The notes under the pieces are model-generated. The model was given only the letters and a program-made list of their open reading frames with translations. It was not told the origin of the DNA and did no database searches. A DNA stretch of 64,000 nt from the human T2T-CHM13v2.0 reference genome, Homo sapiens. The position numbers were made by a program, and so were the translations under genes. This document shows, one piece after another, positions 1 through 17,769 of this stretch (positions are counted from its first letter, which is position 1; each line of letters begins with the position of its first letter). The DNA lies in assembly GCF_009914755.1 (NCBI RefSeq), contig NC_060927.1; one strand, written 5' to 3'.

Positions 1-560
1 TTTGAAATAAAATTGAAACACACTTACATTGATGCCTATGTTAATTTCTTTCCTTGACTGTGTCTGAATATAATGTTGAAGTGTGATAGAAACAATCCTT
101 TATCTTTCTAAGCTAAGCAGAGGCCGAAGTTTCACTTGCACTGTCCAGGGTTATACAGGCAAGCCTTACTTTTTCAGGAAGTAGGTAATGTTTGGATTTA
201 GATTAGTGACACATGAATAACTCTATCTATGACTCACTTCCCCCCAAATTCCCCTCCGACCATTACTTCTTAAATCTTCCCTTCCAGCTTAAGCGCTGTA
301 GTGATGTTACATAGACGTGTATGTTCCTAAGTGATACCTTTACCATAGATTGTCCTGTTTAGGTATTTCCAGAAGATTCCTCATCATGCTGATGTTGCTT
401 AAGACTTTTCTGTTTTCAGCCTGTCATGGAACGGTTTCAGCAGCTCAACATCAACTATATCCTCTTATGAAATAGGCCCTTGGATTCTGTTCAGAATTTC
501 CCTAAGGCCAAATAAGTCAGAAAATATTTGAAGGATGTGCCTCTTATGCAAATTACTTTT

Positions 561-806
561 GTGCAATCATGGATCACTGCAGCCTCAACCTCCTGGTGGG
601 CTCGAGCTATCTTCCTACCTCAGCTTCCCGAGTTGTTGGGACTACCGATGCGCCCTGCAATGCCCGGCAAATTTTAAAACTTTTTTTGTAGAAATGGGGT
701 CTCACCATGTTGCCCAGGCTCGTCTCAAACTCCTGGGCTCAAGCGATCCTCCTGCCTCAGCCTCCCAAAGAGTTAGGATTATGGGCATGGACCACTGCAC
801 TGGGCC
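561..806 (-). mobile_element. AluJ-type (partial), abutting the pseudogene A-tail
   Basis: CTCACCATGTTGCCCAGGCT...CTCAAGCGATCCTCCTGCCTCAGCCTCCCAAAG. Confidence 0.85.
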
Positions 807-1928
<1,122 letters not shown>

Positions 1929-2357
1929 ATGTCTGTTATCTTTTAAGTAGTCATCCTTAGTCGCTTTTACCCAGCTACCGAAGTGCTGTAGAATAGAGTT
2001 TTCTTTTTTGTCTTTGTGATTCTCTGGCACTGGTAAAATTCCATCTTGATGTCCTTAGCAGGTCATCAAAATTATGATGAAAACAAGTTACATTTGTCCT
2101 TGAAGAGAAAGTTGTGGATGACTGACATATGTAGGGACTTGATGATCTGTCACACAGAGGATTTTAGATGAAATCCTTTTGTACCACTGTCTGCAACTGT
2201 GTTGATTTCCTTCCACATTGGATGATAGCTCTGGCCAGGGCCTTTTTGTTTTGACTGTTGGAGAGGAGGTTAGCTTGTGAATAATTGGTTATTTTTTAGC
2301 ATGTGTGAGGCTGATGGGCAGTAGAAAGTTCCTGAAAAGAAGTTTCTTCCTTCAAGG

Positions 2358-2600
2358 CAGTGTAATATAGTGACGAGAACAGGGGCTTTGAAGCTAGCAG
2401 ACCCGGGTTATCATCTCAGCTCTACCACTTCCTGTGTGACTCTGGGCAAGTTACTTAAGCTCCCAGTGTCTCAGTTTTCTCTTCAGTAAAGTAGGCATAA
2501 TCTTACCACTGGGGTTGTCAAGGGAATAACATGTAAACTGTTTAGTGTAGTGCTTGGTACAGAATGAGCATTTAATAAGAACAGTTACTAATATGACATT
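2358..2600 (+). mobile_element. MIR element
   Basis: CAGCTCTACCACTTCCTGTGTGACTCTGGGCAAGTTACTTAAGCTCCCAGTGTCTCAGTTTTCTC, a MIR core. Confidence 0.8.
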
Positions 2601-3072
2601 ACTACTGCTGTTATTTAAATAGTTTTTAACAGTATTATCAAAACAGCAAGCACAGTTCATGGTGGTAAATGCCCTAATGGAAGTGTTCATCTGTCACCAT
2701 TGAGAAGGGAACTGTTAATATCCACTGACTGTTACTGACAGCTTCATAAGGACCTTGTGAGATGAGAAGTACTTTTCCTGGTAGAGAGGGGAAAGGTTTC
2801 CTAGGAACATCAGCCATGCAGAAGATCAGGAAACTAGCAGGCTAAGGCTGCAGCACCTTATTCTCTGTGTAGTAAGGCCAGTAAGCTTTCGTTTGTTTGT
2901 TTAAACAAGGGAGCCACCTGTGCAGATCATTCCTGGTGGCAGTTTGTCACCTTGTTTGGAGGAGATGGGCCAAAGGCAGTGACCCGTGAGTATATCACTG
3001 CAAGAGCCGAGGTGTGAGATGATGGAGCCTGGCACGTAGCAGTGGGAATGGAGAGAAGGCAGGCAGACCTAG

Positions 3073-3600
<528 letters not shown>

Positions 3601-3982
3601 TGAACAACCCTTGCTGCTGTGCCTAGTTTTGGTCTGTGTTCAGTAACTGTTAACCTTCATCTCATTCCAGAGGACTGTTTAAGGTTGAGCTTCTAGGAAT
3701 TAGTGCTTTATTGCGTTGAGAGAGAGAAAAATTGAAGATGACTTTGAAATTTCTTCCTTGAATTAAGGTGATACTATTAAGCAAACTAGGAAATACAGAG
3801 AAAGGGGCAGAATTTAGGGAAAATATATGTTGAATTTTGGATTTGTTGAATTTGAGATTCTGAGGAATCTAAGTCCTGGCTTTAAAGGACACTTAAATAT
3901 ATGTTTAGAGGTTAGAGCTAGAAGTACAGTCCTGAGATTCATTGGCATACAGACAGAACTTGTTGTAGAAAGTGAATGATTT

Positions 3983-4886
<904 letters not shown>

Positions 4887-4962
4887 TTAGAGGCCCAGGA
4901 AACAACAGGAGGCTGTGAGAGTGTTTCTACACGTGTGCCTCAAATCCTCAAATCACCTGTTT

Positions 4963-5257
<295 letters not shown>

Positions 5258-5567
5258 AAATCACCTGTTTTCCATTGGGCAAAATTATAAAAATTCTTTC
5301 AAACAATTAAAAGCCAAAAAATATTTAATAGGAGTTGAGGGTGCATTCAAATACATTTGAGGTGATTTTGAGGTGGGGCCTCCAAAAATAAGTGCCAGTG
5401 ACCTAGGCTTCAAAATAGCACCAAACCTACAGCAGCATCACCTGAGGCACTAGGCAAACTCCAGACTCCTGGCCTCCATCACTATCCCTTCTCTTATCGA
5501 ATCTTCTTTCCTCCACAGGAAGTGGGAGTGAGACCCAGGCATCCTCATTTTTTAATAAGTGCTCAAA

Positions 5568-5909
<342 letters not shown>

Positions 5910-6501
5910 CTATCTGGGGATGTGATGCTGCAAGCCACACTGAGGCAGTGGGGAATTTTAGGGACAGTGATGTGTTGTCTTTTGTGATCAATGAAGCTTA
6001 TCAATTATATAGAAAAATAATTATTATAATTCCCACCTCATTCCTTCTGTTTGCTTTTCAGTTTTTTTAAGACCTTGTTGTGAGTCTTTCATTCATTCAA
6101 AATTGGATTTCTGTTGCCAAAACATCTTTTTAAATGTGGAAAGCATATTCAGCCTGTTGAAAAACAACAACAAACCACCCATTAGGAATCCAGTGGCAGA
6201 CTAACCTGCCCCACTGGAACTTGCTACGGACACAGTCAGTTACTCCCCTCTGGTGATTCTGCCTTTTATAGCCTGTTCTCTTTTAAGCAATCTACAATGA
6301 AATTGCATTTTAGAAAGCCACCACCGCACTCCTTTTAAACATTAAATACAATGTTTAAATGACCAGTCATTTTCTTTGATTCCTAGTGTCCATTCATCAT
6401 TACTCTTCTCAAAGTTTTTTTACTGCTTAGAGTTGGTAGATATATGTACTGTCCTGGTGTTCCAACTACAGCTTTCTTTGTTTTACTGGTTCTATTTCTT
6501 T

Positions 6502-6842
<341 letters not shown>

Positions 6843-7797
6843 TAGGACTTTGTGGGGCTTTTTCTTTCTCTGAGTAACTTCTAAGAACTGATCATTGTCA
6901 CCTGTGTTAGCTGTTCTCTCAGTATCCATGTCCAGTTTTCTTGGCTTATCTTTGCCCTGCTGTTGTCCACAGCTGAAAATGTCTTTCATTATTACTCTTC
7001 TGAAACTTGCTTTGCCTCTCAAGGGTCTTCTCTTTCACTCAAGCTGCCATTCTCCTAGCCATTTGTGGCTTGACACCCCAAGAGCTTTATTCTCTCTTTT
7101 CATTGCTTGAGTCCACCAAGATACCAAGTTAGGTCACCTTTTATTTTAAATCAGCCCCAACGAGGGTCCCCTCCTTTTCACTTTTACTCCTCTGCTCTAA
7201 TCCAGGTCTTCATAAATTTTTGGGCTTTTAGCTGATTTCCCTGCCTGCCTCTTTCAAAGCCCTTTACCCACTGCGGAATCATATTTACCATGCAGGACTG
7301 CCACTGGCTTCCTCCTCCAAAATTCGTTAGCCTCACATTTGAGGCTTCTCCATAGGTGTTCACCCATGTCACCTGCTCAGCTCTGTGTGTGCTGCTCCTG
7401 CACAGCACAAACCCTCCACATGAGGACAGCTGGTTTCACGTGTCCCTATTTCTGCCATGAGTATTCCTCTGCTCTTCTTGTTCCTTCTGCCCTCCACCCA
7501 TCTTCCCCCACCCCTTACCCATCCTTTTCAACATCACTCAGTGCCCATCTGCTTCACGGTGTCTTTCCCAGGGCTCTGCCCCACATTCATCCCATTCTTC
7601 TTGATTTGAATACCTTTTATGTAGGAGCACTAACTTTGTATTTCATTATACAGTTTCTATCAATCCAAAGCTCCTTATCTCTAATTCTAAATCCAACAAG
7701 TTTGGAAAACTGAAAGCTTTTTAATAGTCTTGGCACAAAACTCAAGCAAAACCTCCCTGAGTAGATATGAGCTGTTTTTAAAAAATATATCCCATTT

Positions 7798-8079
7798 GGC
7801 CAGGTGCAGTGGCTCATGCCTGTAATCGCAGCACTTTGGGAGACCAGGGTGGAAGGATCACAAATCCAAGAGCTCGAGACCAGCCTGGGTGACATGACAA
7901 GACCTGGTTTCTACTGAAAATACAGAAAAATTAGCCAGTCACGGTAGCCCATGCCTGTAGTCTCAGCCACTCGGGAGGCTGAGGTGGGAGGATTGTTTGA
8001 GCTTGGGAGGCTGAGGTTGCAGTGAGCTGAGATTGTGCCACTGTACTGTAGCCTGGGCAGCAGAGCGTGACCCTGTAAA
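7798..8079 (+). mobile_element. AluJ
   Basis: GGCCAGGTGCAGTGGCTCATGCC...GAGGTGGGAGGATTGTTTGAGC. Confidence 0.88.
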
Positions 8080-8707
8080 TGTATCCCATTTACAGTGACT
8101 GTTCATATGTTCTGCTGCAGAAATACTTGTATGTCTGGTTGTGGGGTAATTGGACAGAATGGAAAGTGAAGGGACCTTATCAATTTGCTTTTTGGAGCTG
8201 CCAGATTTCTTTAGTATTGTCCTTCTCAAACTGGGGTATGTTACCCCGGAGAGTATGGAGGGATTATAGAAAGTTACAGTATACGTATGCATGATTGCCA
8301 GGAAGGTCAAATTTATTAGATGATTCGAAGGGGGAAATGAAATAATAAAATATATATCATGGCAGAAAATACAAAATTTCCATGCATTGAAAAGATAAAA
8401 TATGAGATTTCAAAGAAATTTAGGCACTGTGGGAGGTGGGGAGAAGCATATCCTCATTATCTGCTTCAGCTAGAGGTGTTAAAGCACTGCTCTCAGACAG
8501 AATTCTGACAGTTTGGGTTGTTGCATTTCTGAGTGGCTGGATTTAGGATTTTGTACTTGCAGAGTTCTCCAGGACCACACAAGATGGCAAAAATTTCTGA
8601 GACAGTGTCTGTGTCGAAGAAGGAATAACAGTAGTGCATCAGTCAGACTGACTCAAGGAAGGAAGAAGCATAAACATTAAGGCCGCAAAGGTTACTTAGA
8701 AAAATCA

Positions 8708-8914
<207 letters not shown>

Positions 8915-8974
8915 TCACTGTGTCATGAGGAGAATCAGCTTGACAACACAGGCCAATTAGGATGGTTTTCAAAG

Positions 8975-9582
<608 letters not shown>

Positions 9583-10083
9583 TGATTGTAAATTTCATTT
9601 TCCATCATCTTCTGTTATCCTCACGGTCCTCCAGTATAGTGTCAGCTTTCCTTTAGAAAGAGACAGCCTTGTCTTTTATAATCAGTGCTCTTCACTAGTT
9701 TCTATTTTACTTCCTGACTTTTTGATCCCAGTTCATTTTCATTTATTTTCTCTTGTTGTGGGGAAAAAGAAAGAGAGTAGTGAAACTCAAATTATTAATC
9801 CAAATAATACCCATTACTTAGCATTGCTGTGGGAAGAGATTGGAAATATTTTTTCCATTGAATCTTTTTTATATTCTTGGCGAATGTCTCATATTCACAA
9901 GAGCTCTGTCACATTCTGCCATTTATCTATCCATACATATATTATCTATGTAGCATAGATAATCAGAAATTGGATGGGGCGCCTTGGGCTCAACAAAGAG
10001 AAGAAAACTATTCATAAGCATTTTTGTTATGAACGCTGCTATTTCTGACTTGTCATTGAAAATGTGATAATGCTTCTGTCCAG

Positions 10084-10138
10084 GTGACTCTGCTGGGCTG
10101 CCAGCTCGCTTAACATTGGAGTTCAGTGCTTTTGACAT
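10084..10138 (+). CDS. ATG7: ATG7 coding exon 2 (55 nt), G54-M72(part)
   Basis: tccag|GTGACTCT...TTTGACAT|gtgagt; DSAGLPARLTLEFSAFD. Confidence 0.97.
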
Positions 10139-10650
10139 GTGAGTATTTATTTGTTCAAAATCTGAAGTAAAGAATACTACTTTTGGCAAGGAATAAGCAT
10201 GCTTGCCTCCCTCATAGGTGGACCACAGGAGGACTAGGGAAGTTCCCGGTGGGCAGAGTCAGCCCCCCTCATGATTCTCTTATACCTCCCATAGAGATGA
10301 GTGCTGGATACTTAGGTCTGCCTGGTTAATTTTTCACCACCTATTTATCAGAGTCAATTAGGTGCCAGGTGCCATCTAGATTGATTGAGACATAGATAAT
10401 ATCCCTCTTGATTTTGATTGTAGTTAATATTTTGTGTTCTTTTCTTGATACCTCTCTTGATTCACTCCTTTAGTCCATGGGCATTGTCCATGGGCATTGA
10501 TCAATGAATGTTTATTAGTCTACTTCTGTATACAAGCCACTGTGCAAGGCATTATAGTGCTATATAAAGGAATATGATAGATATATCCTTGAAGAATTTT
10601 TTTAAATCTGCTTGGGAGCTGTGGGGAGTTGCTGGAGAGAAGAGACACAC

Positions 10651-10951
10651 TTTTTTTTTTTTTTGAGACAGGATCTCACTCTGTCACCCAGGCTGGAGTG
10701 TAGTAGTACAATCTCAGCCCACTGCAACCTCTTCCTCCTGAGTTCAAGCTTTTCTCGTGCCTTAGCCTCCCAAGTAGCTGGGACTACAAGCTCACGCCAT
10801 CATGCCTGGCTAATTTTTGTATTTTTTTGGTAGAGACAGTGTTTCACCATATTTGCCAGGCAGATCTTGAACTCCTGACTTCAAGTGATTCGCCTGCCTT
10901 GGCCTCCCAAAGTGCTGCTGGGATTACACGATCGAGCCACCACACCCAGCC
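10651..10951 (-). mobile_element. AluS
   Basis: Poly-T then Alu dimer; AAGAGACACA on both flanks. Confidence 0.92.
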
Positions 10952-11367
10952 AAGAGACACATTTATTGAGCACTTAATTAGGCATTTTCATAAACATCTG
11001 TTCTTTGAGACTCGCCAGGTGTGATTTTTCTCTCTTTTTTCAGATGAGGAAAGCATGGGATGAAAGGTAAAAATGGCTTGCCCAGGGTCACACCTGGCCA
11101 AATTTAGAAAGCAGGGGTGAGAGAAAAAAATGTATTTATAAATGTATTTCTGAAACACAGTATGAGTAGCTACAGGGATTTTGCTATCTTCTACAGAAAT
11201 AGAGAAACCAGGAGGGGGATACAAATTTAGGAGGAGACAAGTTTGGTTTAGAATATGTTGAGTTTGAGATGACAGTGTCTGCTAGAAATGTCCAGGAGGA
11301 ACTGGAGACGGGGAGAAAGGATCAGACTAGATTTGGGAGACATCCAGGTAGAGGAGAAAGAGAATAA

Positions 11368-11722
11368 AGATAGTCTCCAACTTATGGTGGTTTAATGACT
11401 TTTTGACTTTACGATGGTGAGAAAGCGATACACATTCAGTGGAAATTATACTTTGTGGACCCATACAGCCATTCGGTTTTTCACTTTCAGTACAGTATTC
11501 AATAAATTACCTGAGATATTCAACACTTTATTATGGAACAGGCTTTGTGTTAAGATGATTTTGCCCAACTCTAGGCTAATGTAAGTGTTCTGGGCACGTT
11601 TAAGGGAGGCTAGACTAAGCTATGTCTGGCAGGTTAGACGTATTAAATAGAGTTTTGATTTATGATATTTTTTTCAATTTATGATGAGTTTATCAGGACA
11701 TGGTAAGTTGAGGAGCATCTGT
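11368..11722 (-). mobile_element. MER47A-type TcMar-Tigger DNA transposon
   Basis: Right end GTAAGTTGAGGAGCATCTG|TA; internal TACAGTATTCAATAAATTAC...GATGATTTTGCCCAACT. Confidence 0.8.
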
Positions 11723-13649
11723 ATAGTATAAGAACAAAAGGCGCAAACAGTGAATGGCTCTAATTAGGGAGGTGAAAGATGATACAGAACTAGCGAAGGA
11801 CACAGGGGTTGTCAGAGGAAAACCAGAAAAGTGTTAGAGAAACCAAAGAAGGCAATGCTTTCTGGAGGGAAAGAGAAACTAACAGTGTCAGAAGCACAGA
11901 GGTCAATGCGAGGGCCACTGTGTTTGTTGATTAAGTCATTGTGGTCCTTAAGAATTCAGTTTGAGAAAGAGGGTGGAGCTGAAACCAAGATGAGGGCCTT
12001 TAAGATTATTGAGAATTGAAAAAGGCTACAGTGTTTTTTCTGCTTTATTGTACCTCAGCAGTATCAAGATGGGGAATTTTAGGAAGGTGAAGAAGTCTTA
12101 TAGGTCTTTCTGGCTTTTGAAAGTGGCAATGGTCAACTATTAGGATATTTAAAATAAAGTGTCCCTAGAATTTTTTTTAATCTCAGAAAATCAATACTTT
12201 TTTTCCCTTTATCTCAATCCAGTTGCAAAATTTGAAAGCACGATGTACATCCACAATGATTTTAGTATTTGTATCTTTAAAAATGTATGTGTTGGTGTTT
12301 CTTGTTCCCTTTGGAGCTTTCTTGCTCCATCGTAAACTGCTTGTGGTTACCTGTCAAAAGAAATAAAATCCTAATAATCTCTCTCTTGTTTTGGCAAACT
12401 AACTTATTTTGGAGCCAGTAAGATATGACGAGGAAACTACTGGAAATGTACAAGCATTAAATTGTCTGAAGATGGTACGGGGGAGCATCAACAGTCTGTT
12501 TTGTGTAATCTGGAGAGCCTCATATTTATCTCAGACTAACCTCACTCCTATCCTTATCCTTCTACTGGACTGTTTGTTTTATAAGGTTTTAATAATTTTA
12601 TTCTTTAGAATAATTAATTAGAAAAATGCAGTTCACAGAAGTTAGGTTTGAACTTACTACAAAATGTGAGCATCTTAAACTTAATTAATCTAAAAATTTT
12701 GGTTGAAGGAGATAAGAAAATCTGTGATCCTGCAGCTATGACTTTCACACAAATTGCTCATTTTCACTCATCATATTTTTTCTTTAACCGTTGAATACCC
12801 TCAGTGTGCAAGGCACTGTGGTAGACAGTGGGATGTGAACAGAAATAAGATGTGGTCCCCATTGTGTGAAAATAGCCCTGGATTCGAAGTTTGAAGATTT
12901 GGAATCTATGGCTAATTAACTGTGCTACTTCAATAAGCTCTTTTAGTTTTCTCAGCTTTTGTTTCCTCATCTTTAAAATGGGTTCTTGCTTTCTAATGTT
13001 CTTTCCAGTTTTAAAAGTCTGTCACTTTCTGAGTCCCTATTAGGATGGCTGAGAAGTTTAATGAAAGTGCTTGGGACTTCTCAGAAGGCCTGATTTCTTT
13101 ATTCCAAATTATTTCCTTTATTATTACCCCATTTTTCTTTTGATTGCTGTATATCTGCATGGGTTGGTAGAGAAAGTCTTTATGAATTTATTTATCAAAG
13201 AAGGAATATCTACAATGTGCAGATGTGTGTGTGTTAGGAATACAAAGACTTATGAAATATGTTCTCCAGAGCTCCTCTACTGTATGAGAGAGAGAAGTAG
13301 AAGGCAAATATTTGCATTATAGTGTGCTCAGTGCTGTAATAAGCATGGAGAGGTAATCATTATTTCAGGAAAACTTATTGATTGCTTCCTCTGTGTCTTG
13401 ATAACAGAATGTGCTAGGTGCTGGGCATACAGACAGGAATGACATACAGTTGAATAGCTAACAATCCCAGTACTCACTTATAGATGTCAAGAGTATCTCA
13501 GCTTTGCATAGCACTGGATAAGTCTCTTCTACTCTGTGCCCCTGATAGTCTTATGGATCTCTAAGGATCCTGTTCTCTGAATTGTATTAGATGAATTGTC
13601 AGTCAAGTAGTATTTTATCAGGCACCAACTGTCTTAAACTGGAATATGC

Positions 13650-14080
13650 TGTCTTGAGTTAGGGTATCCTGCTGAATCAGACCCAAAAATGTAAGGGCCC
13701 AAACACTAAGAAGTTCATTTCTTGCTCATCAAATAGCCCAGGGCTGCTGGTCCAGTCTTCTTCCATGTTGTGGCTCCATTATCCCTGAGGACTTTGCATT
13801 GTGTGCTGATTAAGACAGTTGTCACTTTCAGGTAACAACAGATTAATGAGGAAAGACAGCCAAGGTGCAAACAGGTGGAAGAGACACACTTAGTCTCTTA
13901 AAGGCCCTGGAGGGAAGGGACATTTATCACTCCACTCAGATTCTACTGAGGAGAACTCGTGGCCTCACTTGTCTTGCAAAGAAGACTGGGAAGCGTGGAA
14001 CCCAGCTAAAACGTTATGTGTGCTTTCTGTTTCTGTTGACAAGGAGGAAAATAGATTTTGATTGACAATCTCTATACCTA
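13650..14080 (-). mobile_element. MLT1 (MaLR) LTR, MLT1J-like
   Basis: AAGTTCATTTCTTGCTCA...TTCCATGTTGTGGCTCC...CATTTATCACTCCACTCAGATTC. Confidence 0.6.
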
Positions 14081-14110
14081 TGTGAAGCTGAGAAAAAAAA
14101 AGAATTTTCC

Positions 14111-14925
<815 letters not shown>

Positions 14926-15539
14926 TTAGGCACACTCGTGTGTGGGGCAGAGGCTGTGTCTTTCTTATTCTCTGCTGTATCACCAGCACCCAACACAGAT
15001 CTGGGGTGTACTATTTGCTCAATAACTGCCTAATTGAATTACAAGCGGTCTAAGCGCATGGCTGTCAAAATCACATGTGGTGTGGTTGATGGAAAGACAC
15101 CAGTGGACTGTGTTAGAGGATGTTACAAACAGAAACTCTGCGATTGCTAGGGAAGTCAGGAGATGACAAAGAAGCATGACCCCCAACTGACTGTGACTTT
15201 CTGGGTTCCCAGCGTTCCCTGTGGGCATGTGAAGCTGTGTGCGAAGTAGATTCCTCCAGGTATGATGAGCACAGGTGCTCTTCCAGAGGATTTATTCCGT
15301 TCTGACCACCTGCCTGCCTGTTGGCCAAGTGTAAATAACTGGTGCAACACAGCCCCAGCACTTTCCTGAGTCATCGCTGTGAGACTGAATGAAGTGAAGG
15401 CCAAGTGTCTAGCTGTAATGTCCCCAAAGCAGGCCCAGTCTTCCGGCCTTTGTGAGATCCATTTTTACTAGGTTAGTATACGCATTATCGCAAGTTCACT
15501 ATTGGCCTTAGTATGTGGAGAAAATTTCTAATTTGAATT

Positions 15540-15812
15540 CTTTTTAGGAGCTATGTTGAGATATAATTCATATACCATAAAATTCACCCCTTAGTTTAAA
15601 GGGGTACGATTCAGTGGTTTTTAGTAGATTCATAGAGTTGTGCTGCCATTACTATTAATTCCAGAACATTTCCATCTCCCAAAAAAGACACCCTTAGCAA
15701 TTACTCTCCATCCCCCCTCCTCCATACTCACCAGCCCTAGCCAACCATAACTCTACTTTCTGTCTCTGAGGATTTGCCTATTCTGCATATTTCATGTAAG
15801 TGGAACCATAGG
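15540..15812 (-). mobile_element. L1MB-type 3' fragment
   Basis: TTGAGATATAATTCATATACCATAAAATTCACC...TCTACTTTCTGTCTCT...ATTTGCCTATTCTG. Confidence 0.75.
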
Positions 15813-17651
15813 AAACTAAACTAGGAAGTGTCAGAACCAAGATTTGAACTAAATTCTCTTGTCTCCAAGTCTCAGGCTCCTTCCCTCTCATTATCACTTT
15901 TTAAATTCATTTTCCTGCCACCTCCCATGGTGGAACTTTAGTCATGAAAGATGCTTCTCCTTTGAAGCTTCCGATTGTCCTGGCTAATTAACTTGCATAA
16001 GTGCTGATGCTCCTAGGAGCCTAGCCATCTTGCAGTTGCTTGAGTTCTTGGTATGCAGTTTTCTCCTTTCACAAAATGAGGCTTTGGTATGGCTCTCACA
16101 CACCTGGGAAGTTTGGGAAGAAGGGTACCTTCCTCTTCTGTGCTTGTGTCCAGATTAGATCATGGCATTCTTCCTTCTGTTTCCACATCCTGTTTCAGCA
16201 GTAATTTCATAAAGCCAAGTCTGAATGTAGAAGGCCTAGTTTACCAACTGCTCTGCTTTCTTTGCCTTCCCTCTGGGCTTAATCTTTTCCCTTTGTGATT
16301 TCTCTCTCTTCAAGACCAGCTTGGATGTCCTCATCTCACCTGGATGAAAAATATTCTTTTATTGGAGGAGCATGGTGACAAACAACTTGTGATTTGCTGA
16401 CTCATACCTCCCAAGAGAAGGTTCTGGCCATTGAAAGCTAGCTCTCCCTGAGGACTTGGCATTTGAGCCTGACAGACGGCATTTGACAGAGCCATGTCAT
16501 TCATTGCACCCCTTCATACCTGTTCTAGGTTTAGATTTCTACTCTTTCAGCCCCATAAACCCAATTTTACATGGACTTTAAATGAAAAGACATAGGTTCT
16601 TCTAAACTATGCAGCTGTCATCAGTGCAGTCAGTGAAAAGGCATTCTGTCTGCATTAGCTGCGACAACATTAGTAGGCTACTAATGAAATGAATATTTTC
16701 ATTTAACATCTGTAAACTCTGAAATGCAAGTTAATCATTTCAGAGAAGAGACCAGATTTGTCCACATCTGAATTCGTATTCAGAATCAACTCCTCTTCTC
16801 TTCTCCTGACTTTGCTTACTCTGAGGACTGTGAGGCCTTTGGGGGCAATGTAGAGTGTGTAAACCTGGTGGCACGACAGATTGACAGGTAGCCCAGGTGT
16901 GAGACATTTTGTCTGCAGACAACCGTCAGGGGCTTGCCCAGCAGCAGTTTTGTGCAGAGCCCTGTTTGGGGTGGGCTAGGTTGTGGGGCAGTCAGGAGAA
17001 CACATACTTTCTATCCTCAAGGAGCTTAGTGTCCTCCAGCTGGGTGGGTATGACTGTAGTTCTTGAAAATGCTAGAAAATATTATGCTGAGTTTTATGTG
17101 CCAACTCTTAGCAGAGAAAGTGGAGATAGCTTTCCGGAAGAGGAGAGATTGATTAGAGCAGGACCTTGAAGCCTGGGAGGGTCTGAGAGGTGGCGTAGGC
17201 ACAGCACAGTACCTTGGACTCAGCTAGTTCTGGTTTTAGATTCAAGCTCTGCCTATTATTATGTGACCTTAGGCAAGTTGCTTAAACCTTTAAATGGGGG
17301 AAAAGAGCTGTTATGAGAATTCAAACTGTGCACAGCTCAACAAACAATATTTCCCTCAGGTTAAAGGTGGGAAAGAAGAACAAATAGGAAATGAACTTCT
17401 CTTTGGGGGACAGTAGAACAGCATCCTGATAGGTTAGAGTATAGGGAATATATAGGCTTTTAGGGGGGAATGGTGCCTGTTTTTTAGTTCTTGAGTTATG
17501 ATATTCATCTTTTTCCAAGAAAACATACAGTTAATCTTCTGTTTGCCCTGCAGAGCAATACCCTTTTTATCCCACTACAGTGGTGGTTGACTTGTCTCTC
17601 CCTGGCTGAGTCCCAGCTGTGCCTGACTAACCGTGTTTCTCTTGTATCTAG

Positions 17652-17769
17652 GAGTGCTCCCACCCCAGCCCGTTGCTGCCCAGCTATTGGAACACTGTAT
17701 AACACCAACACACTCGAGTCTTTCAAGACTGCAGATAAGAAGCTCCTTTTGGAACAAGCAGCAAATGAG
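17652..17769 (+). CDS. ATG7: ATG7 coding exon 3 (118 nt), M72-E111
   Basis: tctag|GAGTGCT...AATGAG|gttagc; [39 protein letters not shown]. Confidence 0.97.
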
